From an uncultured Gemmatimonadales bacterium (GTDB lineage: Bacteria; Gemmatimonadota; Gemmatimonadetes; Gemmatimonadales; Gemmatimonadaceae), in assembly GCA_963701965.1 (NCBI GenBank), contig OY969695.1, positions 288,001 to 352,000 on the forward strand: a DNA stretch of 64,000 nucleotides, given 5' to 3'. This document shows, piece after piece, positions 58,420-64,000 of this stretch; the stretch's first letter is position 1; the number at the start of each line of letters is the position of its first letter. Made by a program: the position numbers and the translations under genes. Below the pieces are notes generated by a model. The model did not search any database. It was not told where the DNA came from and saw only the letters and a list, made by a program, of their open reading frames with translations.

Positions 58420-59034
58420 TTATACCTCAGCGCCCTCACGTACCGCCGCCAACAGCGCCGCAAACGCGCGCGCCCGGTGACTCACACGGGCCTTCTCGGC
58501 GTCCGTCGCCTCGCCGAACGTCCGGCCAAGCTCAACCGATTCGAAATAAGAATCGTATCCGAACCCGCCTTTTCCACGCGGTGCATCGACGATCACCCCG
58601 TCGACCGACCCCACGCGCACGAGCTCCGTGCCGAGCCCAATATACGCCGCCGCACACACGAACTGAGCCGCACGATCCGCCACGCCGCCGAGCGACGCCA
58701 CGAGCTTCGCATTGTTCGCCGCATCAGTCCCGGCCTCACTCCACCGACGACTGCGCACGCCAGGCGCCCCACCCAACGCCCGCACCACCAGCCCGGAATC
58801 GTCCGCGACCGTAGCGACCCCACCGCTCACTTCGTAGAAATACCGCGCCTTGGCCAGCGCATTCTCCTCGAACGTCGCAAACTGCTCGACGTCCGCCTCG
58901 CCGTCGTCCGCCTCGAGCTCGAACTCCTCGAGATCAGTCACGGGAATACCCGCCGCGCCGAACAACGCGCGCAACTCGCGCAACTTCCCCGCGCTCCGCG
59001 TCGCCAGCAATATCGGCCGCACCGTGTTCACCAT
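58420..59034 (-). CDS. rdgB: Non-canonical purine NTP pyrophosphatase RdgB/HAM1
   Basis: ATRSAGKLRE, TFEENALAKA, ADDSGL, GFGYD, SHRARA. Confidence 0.93.
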   Translation of the reverse strand: MVNTVRPILLATRSAGKLRELRALFGAAGIPVTDLEEFELEADDGEADVEQFATFEENALAKARYFYEVSGGVATVADDSGLVVRALGGAPGVRSRRWSEAGTDAANNAKLVASLGGVADRAAQFVCAAAYIGLGTELVRVGSVDGVIVDAPRGKGGFGYDSYFESVELGRTFGEATDAEKARVSHRARAFAALLAAVREGAEV

Positions 59035-59036
59035 CG

Positions 59037-59786
59037 CTAGCGCCCGCCCACGCCGAGCACGCGCCGTTGCGCGGTTTCGATCTCGGCGATACCCGCGCTC
59101 GCCAGATCCAACAGCGCCGTCAGCTGCGCCCTTGAAAACGTGCCGTGCTCACCCGTGCCCTGCACCTCGACGTACCCGCCCGTCGACTCCATCACGACGT
59201 TCATGTCCACGGCCGCCCGCACATCCTCGTCGTAGTCGAGATCGAGCCGCGGCTCGCCGTCGATGATGCCGACACTCACCGCCGCCACACCCCGCTTGAC
59301 GGGCGTCTGCGCCACCCGACCGGACTGCGCCATCCACGCGAACGCGTCCATGACCGCCACGCACGCGCCAGTGATCGACGCGGTCCGCGTCCCACCGTCG
59401 GCCTGCACCACGTCGCAATCGATGCGCACGGTGTGCTCCCCAAACGCGTAATCGTCGAGCATGGCGCGCACACTCCGGCCGATGAGCCGCTGAATCTCCT
59501 GCGTCCGCCCACCAAGCTGCCCACGCTCCCGCGCCACGCGGGTCCGGGTCGCACGCGGCAGCATGGCGTACTCTGCCGTCATCCACCCTTGGCCGGTGCC
59601 TTTGCGCCACCCGGGCACACCGTCCTCTACCGTCGCCGCGCACAGTACGCGGGTCTCGCCGAACGCGACGAGACACGACCCTTCGGCATAAGGCACGACG
59701 CCGCGCTCGAGCAGGAGAGGCCGGAGCGCGTTGGCGGCCCGACCCTGTCGCGGGACTGCCGGCTTGACGTCAGGCTTACCGGCCAC
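59037..59786 (-). CDS. rph: Ribonuclease PH
   Basis: AEGSCLV, TAEYAMLPRAT, RTQEIQRLIGRS, QADGGTRTASITG, DMNVVM, EVQGTGE. Confidence 0.96.
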   Translation of the reverse strand: MAGKPDVKPAVPRQGRAANALRPLLLERGVVPYAEGSCLVAFGETRVLCAATVEDGVPGWRKGTGQGWMTAEYAMLPRATRTRVARERGQLGGRTQEIQRLIGRSVRAMLDDYAFGEHTVRIDCDVVQADGGTRTASITGACVAVMDAFAWMAQSGRVAQTPVKRGVAAVSVGIIDGEPRLDLDYDEDVRAAVDMNVVMESTGGYVEVQGTGEHGTFSRAQLTALLDLASAGIAEIETAQRRVLGVGGR

Positions 59787-60258
59787 GAATGGTCTCCACG
59801 ATGTCCGTGGTCGAGTGGCCTTCCACCAACGGCACGATCACCACGCGGCCGCCGCGCGCTTTGACTTCCCGTGCACCCACGATCGTCTCCTCGCGATAGT
59901 CCCCGCCCTTGACCAACACATTGGGCTCGAGCGTATTCACTAACGCGAGTGGCGTGTCCTCATCGAACACAACCACGGCATCCACGGCTTCGAGCGCCGC
60001 CAAAACATACGCCCGGGCAGCCTGGGGCCGCACCGGGCGCCCGGGCCCCTTGGCGAGTCGCCGAACGGACGCATCGCTGTTCACGCCGACAATGAGAGCG
60101 TCGCCCGCGCGACGGGCGGCGATCAGGAGATCGACGTGCCCCGGATGGAGGAGATCGAAGACGCCGTTGGTGAACACGACCGGGCCCGCCCGGCGCCGGC
60201 GCCAGTCACGAGCCTCGGGGAGCAACAACACCTTCGACTGGGGCGACCGAACGGTCAG
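59776..60258 (-). CDS. rfaE2: D-glycero-beta-D-manno-heptose-1-phosphate adenylyltransferase
   Basis: VFTNGVFDLLHPGH, GVNSDASVRRL, FDEDTP, VKGGDY, STT. Start is either GTG 60231 or CTG 60258. Confidence 0.9.
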   Translation of the reverse strand: MTVRSPQSKVLLLPEARDWRRRRAGPVVFTNGVFDLLHPGHVDLLIAARRAGDALIVGVNSDASVRRLAKGPGRPVRPQAARAYVLAALEAVDAVVVFDEDTPLALVNTLEPNVLVKGGDYREETIVGAREVKARGGRVVIVPLVEGHSTTDIVETIRGR

Positions 60259-60686
60259 AAATCCGCCTCGGCGTGCGGATTGAAGAAGAAATCGCGCGAC
60301 ATCGGACCCATGTTCACGTGCGCATAATACTGGTTGTCGATCACGATGTGATGCCGCCCGCGCTCGACGACGATCTCATACGCGTCGTCGGGCAACACCA
60401 GCGAGTCGGCCATCTCCCGCAGATGCTGCTTGATCTGCCGGTCCGTATAGTGCCCGGCGAACTTGGCCTCTTGCTTGAACGCGTCTGTGAACTGGTAATA
60501 CTTCCAGTACGCCTCGCCGATGTAGGCGCCGCAATAGCCGATCACGCCGACGACGAGCATCAGAAACAGGCACCCGAGTTTCACACCGCCGAGTCGGCTT
60601 CGCCGGCTCAGCGGTACGTCGGTTTGAAGGCCCTCGCCGATGGCTCGGGCCCGGCTTCGAGCGGCCACGCCTCGGCGCGCTACCAT
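60255..60686 (-). CDS. Single-TM hypothetical protein (DUF4845/pilin-like N-terminus)
   Basis: Basic RRSRLG followed by hydrophobic GCLFLMLVVGVIGY and a short soluble domain. Confidence 0.6.
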   Translation of the reverse strand: MVARRGVAARSRARAIGEGLQTDVPLSRRSRLGGVKLGCLFLMLVVGVIGYCGAYIGEAYWKYYQFTDAFKQEAKFAGHYTDRQIKQHLREMADSLVLPDDAYEIVVERGRHHIVIDNQYYAHVNMGPMSRDFFFNPHAEADF

Positions 60687-61231
60687 TGCGACTGCGCCCC
60701 GTCGATCACGTCGTTCACGACTTTCTTGACGGCCTGCGCGCGCCCGTCCTTTTCGTTCCCCTCGGGATAGTCGCCGGCCTCCACGAGCCCTTTGCGCTGA
60801 TACAGGACGCGCCCGGACGCCTGCTCGTCGATCTCGATGTCGACCTGGAGCTCCAGCCGCCGCTGGGTCGTCGACGTCGTGACCGACGTGGTCCGCCCGC
60901 CGCTATACCCGATCGGCACGTCGATGTCGTACCGCGTGATCGTGCCTTTGAGCACGGCGTCGGCGCGCTCCTCGCCAATCTCGCGCAGACCCAGCCGCGA
61001 GCCGACGACGGCCCGAAGACCGTCGAGCAGATCCTTCTGGAGCTCGGGGGTCGGCGTGTTGTTGTCGAAGGGGAGCACGGCGATCGTCTTCACGTTGGGG
61101 GGCAACCCGCCGCCGTGGAAGCCGTATTTCCAGAAGCACCCGGTCAGCGCGCCCGCCCAGAGAAGGGCGAGCCCGCACCTAATGCTGCCAGAGCTCAGGG
61201 TCGATCTCGGCCACCGTATCACTGCGCACAT
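60680..61231 (-). CDS. LptE-family lipoprotein
   Basis: Lipobox LTGC, YGFHGG, VKTIAVLPFDNNT, ADAVLKGTI, C-terminal SQW. Start uncertain. Confidence 0.7.
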   Translation of the reverse strand: MCAVIRWPRSTLSSGSIRCGLALLWAGALTGCFWKYGFHGGGLPPNVKTIAVLPFDNNTPTPELQKDLLDGLRAVVGSRLGLREIGEERADAVLKGTITRYDIDVPIGYSGGRTTSVTTSTTQRRLELQVDIEIDEQASGRVLYQRKGLVEAGDYPEGNEKDGRAQAVKKVVNDVIDGAQSQW

Positions 61232-61814
61232 GGGTGAGAGTCAGAGACCGTCCCGCCGCCGGATTTTCGAAGCGAATGTCATCATTGCTCCGCCGCACCA
61301 CAGTCTCTCGCACTCGTCCGTCACTCAATCGTTGGACACCAACCAGCTGCGATCCCGCGAACGCCACGCGCCACACATTGGTTCCACCGCCGCCCAAATC
61401 GGCCCGCAGCGTGTCGCCGTCGATCCGCATGGTCGTGTCCGGCGCCGGCTTGAGCGCGAGCCTGCCCAGCGCCGCCCACAATAATACAGAACTGGGGAGA
61501 TAGCGCTTGATCCTATCTCCCCCGGGGGAGACGATCGTGTCCTCCAAAAGCCACGCCCGCCCCGACCCCATCCCGCCCGACACGGCGAAGTCCATCCGCG
61601 CGCTGTCGGGCGGCGCTACCAGCGCCCGCCCCTCGCCCCGGGCGGCCACGCTCCGATCGCGATACTCCCAGCGAAAGGTCACTTTCCGATGTCCCGCGGG
61701 CAACTCGGCCGACGGGACACGCACCGACACTGGCGCTGGTGCCCCACGCAACTCGCCGGCGCGCGGCGCCACGCACGCGGTGAGGCCGATCGCCATCAGC
61801 ACCCCCCATCTCAC
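61179..61814 (-). CDS. Hypothetical lipoprotein (possible LolB/DUF4292-like beta fold)
   Basis: Lipobox LTAC; GEGRALVAPPDSARMDF; beta-rich. Confidence 0.55.
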   Translation of the reverse strand: MRWGVLMAIGLTACVAPRAGELRGAPAPVSVRVPSAELPAGHRKVTFRWEYRDRSVAARGEGRALVAPPDSARMDFAVSGGMGSGRAWLLEDTIVSPGGDRIKRYLPSSVLLWAALGRLALKPAPDTTMRIDGDTLRADLGGGGTNVWRVAFAGSQLVGVQRLSDGRVRETVVRRSNDDIRFENPAAGRSLTLTHVRSDTVAEIDPELWQH

Positions 61815-63994
61815 GGCGTAACGACGCGCACGAGCGGCACGATGTTGTCGATCCCATCCCACTGCACGATCTGATCGAGCGCCGCGTCACCCGCGATCAC
61901 CCGCCCAAAAGTCGTATAGTGCCCGTCGAGATGCGGCGCCGACGCTAACGCGATGAAATACTGGCTGCCGCCGGTATTGGGACCGTCGAGCGCCATCCCC
62001 ACCGCGCCGCGGACATACCGTCGGCGGTTGAGCTCGTCACGAATATCGTAGCCGGGGCCGCCGAGCCCGTCGCCCCGCGGATCGCCATCCTGCGCGACGA
62101 ATCCCGGGACGACGCGATGAAACGCGGTGTTCTTGTAGAAATCGCGCTTGGTGAGGGTCAGGAAATTGTCGACCGTCACGGGGGCGTCGGCGCCATACAA
62201 CTCGATCGTGATGTTGCCGCGCACGGTCTGAATGTTGACCTGCGGCGCCTGGCCGCGCAGCGTCGGCTCGACGATCTCGTGCACGATGCGCAGGTACCAG
62301 TCGACCGGATGGAGATCCGAACGCCCGTTCTCGGGACGCCAGGTCGCGAACAACGACACGCCGCGCACCGCGTCCAAAATTCCCGCGTCATCGGGGACTG
62401 GCAGCGCCGTAACGGCGGCCTTGGCATCCGGCGCGACCGCGGCGCTGTCCCGCCGCCAGATGGCCACGAGACACCGGGCTGCGGCGAGCCGGACCTTGGG
62501 CGCCGAATCGGCGACGGCCGCCTGATAGGCGGCAGCGACCGCGGGGACATCCGCGGCCGTCGCGATCCCGGTCAGCCCATCGAGACCCACGGCCCGCACC
62601 GCGGCATCGTTGTCGTGCACGGCCGTGAGCATGTACTCCCGCCGCCACGGGTGCGGCGTCCCCCCGACGCTCAAACCGGCGGCGTCGGCGAAGACCTGAT
62701 AGGCGGCGGCGCGGACCCGGGGGTCGGGGTCGCGCGTGAGCGGCAGCGCGAGGTCCACGATGCGCTCCATCGACGTGCCGCTGGCGGCACGCGCCGCGGC
62801 GGCTCGATAGCGCCAATCACCGCTCCGCTGCCAGCGGTCGGGGTTGTCCTTGTCGATGACCGGCAGGATGACGCCGGCCAACGTGGCGGAGGCCACGAGG
62901 GTGCTCCGGAACGCCAGCGACGTGTCGGCCGCGAACGCGTGATCCCAGTCCCCGCGCGGCGCGCCAACCAGCGTGGAGTCGAGCGCCCGCGCGGCCGCGA
63001 TGCGCACGTTGGGATCGAAGTCGCGGAGAGCCACGACGACGGGCGCCCGGGCCGGCGCGCCGTACCCGCGCAGCGAGAGGAGCGCGCTGATGCGCACGGC
63101 CGCGACGCTGTCGTGGGCCATAGTGTCCAGCACGACCAGGGCGTATTTGCCCAGAGAATCGCCGGCGGCCGAGTGGGCCAGACCGCGCGCGACGTAGGCG
63201 CGGGTCTCGGGATCGGGCGAGCGGAACGCCGGGGGATTCATCAGGGACCGCGCGGCGGCCGGCGACCGGCTCCGCGTGAGCGAATACGTGGCCGCCCGCA
63301 ACAGCGCGGCATTGCCCGGCGACACGTAGGTCGTGAGGAGGAACGCGGGCACGGGGTTGAGCTTGGCCGCGGCGTACACGACGATCGACGTCGAGAACCC
63401 GCCGCTCAACGCGCGCTCGATCGGCTTGCGCGCCGCCTCTCCGAGCTCGCTCAATGCCCACGCGGCCTCGCGGGCCACGGGGGACGCGACCACGGCGACC
63501 GTGACGGTGTTGGGGCGGCCGTTGGTCCGACCCGTCTGGTACCCGGGCGCCTGGCCCCTATTCTGGGGAAGTGGGGCGTAGATCGGCGGCGCGGTGATAG
63601 CGGTCGCCAGCAGGTTCACGCTCGGCGTATCGACCATGAGCCCGAGCGCGAACGCGGCACTGGCGGCGACGGCGGTGTCCTTTGCCTGCAGCAAGAGCCG
63701 CAACGTGCTGGCCACCGTCCGCGCCCGCACCTGGCCGGCGGCCCGCGCCGCCTCGGCCCGGAGCGGTGAGGCGAGCCCGGGCTTGAGCGACTCCTTGAGC
63801 AGCACCTCGTCCACGCGGTGGGCGTCGACCATCTGCAGCAACAACGCGTAGCGGCGGGCCTCGGAGTCCGCGAACGCGACGAATCCCGGCGCGGTCGGCG
63901 CCGCCTTGGTCTCGGGCGGCTTGTGGCCGCCGCACGCGGCGGCCGTCACCACGGCGGCCGCGACGATCAGGGCGGCGCGGTTACGCGACACCAT
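61811..63994 (-). CDS. Lipoprotein with HEAT repeats and C-terminal cyclophilin-type PPIase
   Basis: Lipobox AAAC; HEAT repeats (DPETRAYVARGL, DPNVRIAAARAL, DPRVRAAA); APVTVDNF, FHRVVPGFVAQDGDP, GGSQYFI, HLDGHYTTFG. Confidence 0.88.
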   Translation of the reverse strand: MVSRNRAALIVAAAVVTAAACGGHKPPETKAAPTAPGFVAFADSEARRYALLLQMVDAHRVDEVLLKESLKPGLASPLRAEAARAAGQVRARTVASTLRLLLQAKDTAVAASAAFALGLMVDTPSVNLLATAITAPPIYAPLPQNRGQAPGYQTGRTNGRPNTVTVAVVASPVAREAAWALSELGEAARKPIERALSGGFSTSIVVYAAAKLNPVPAFLLTTYVSPGNAALLRAATYSLTRSRSPAAARSLMNPPAFRSPDPETRAYVARGLAHSAAGDSLGKYALVVLDTMAHDSVAAVRISALLSLRGYGAPARAPVVVALRDFDPNVRIAAARALDSTLVGAPRGDWDHAFAADTSLAFRSTLVASATLAGVILPVIDKDNPDRWQRSGDWRYRAAAARAASGTSMERIVDLALPLTRDPDPRVRAAAYQVFADAAGLSVGGTPHPWRREYMLTAVHDNDAAVRAVGLDGLTGIATAADVPAVAAAYQAAVADSAPKVRLAAARCLVAIWRRDSAAVAPDAKAAVTALPVPDDAGILDAVRGVSLFATWRPENGRSDLHPVDWYLRIVHEIVEPTLRGQAPQVNIQTVRGNITIELYGADAPVTVDNFLTLTKRDFYKNTAFHRVVPGFVAQDGDPRGDGLGGPGYDIRDELNRRRYVRGAVGMALDGPNTGGSQYFIALASAPHLDGHYTTFGRVIAGDAALDQIVQWDGIDNIVPLVRVVTP

Positions 63995-64000
63995 TCGCCA

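Overview
The window joins two unrelated segments at about 40,363-40,372, where a ClpC reading frame runs in frame into a truncated DppB-type permease. This is almost certainly a chimeric read or assembly join. Left segment (1-40,365; Betaproteobacteria/Burkholderiales-like): the end of a surface-polysaccharide/LPS locus (CmcI-like, glycosyltransferases, msbA), then tolB-pal-cpoB-tcdA and two tRNA-Lys genes. An accessory catabolic island of about 31 kb starts right after tRNA-Lys(CTT), at an att-like hairpin with arm-type repeats. It carries three peptide/nickel-family ABC importers, an amidase, an atypical cyclic amidohydrolase with a CxxC protein and a COG0523 metallochaperone, and two cytoplasmic BisC-like molybdoenzymes. 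It also carries an operon of CoA-transferase III, Gln-type thiol dioxygenase, non-canonical crotonase, ALDH7/AmaB and a MetC-like C-S lyase, plus an IclR regulator and a VOC protein. Five promoters across the island share tandem GTTCCA-N5-TGGAAC-like boxes at a fixed 21-bp period, which suggests one IclR regulon. I infer it degrades a sulfur-containing amino acid or heterocycle, for example thia-pipecolate(-S-oxide) or S-carboxyalkyl-cysteine to thiol acid, then sulfinate, then sulfite. Right segment (40,365-64,000; Gemmatimonadota-like core genome, all on the minus strand): clpC-mcsB-mcsA, lolD/lolC, lysS, prfB (+1 frameshift), a Zn-ribbon/Pro-rich/RomX-like protein, a GGDEF protein, Trm112, era, a 16S-23S-5S operon without spacer tRNAs, tRNA-Lys/Arg/Pro, rdgB, rph, rfaE2, an LptE-like protein and a HEAT-cyclophilin. 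Many left-segment genes carry frameshifts that look like long-read indel errors, so their coordinates are approximate.
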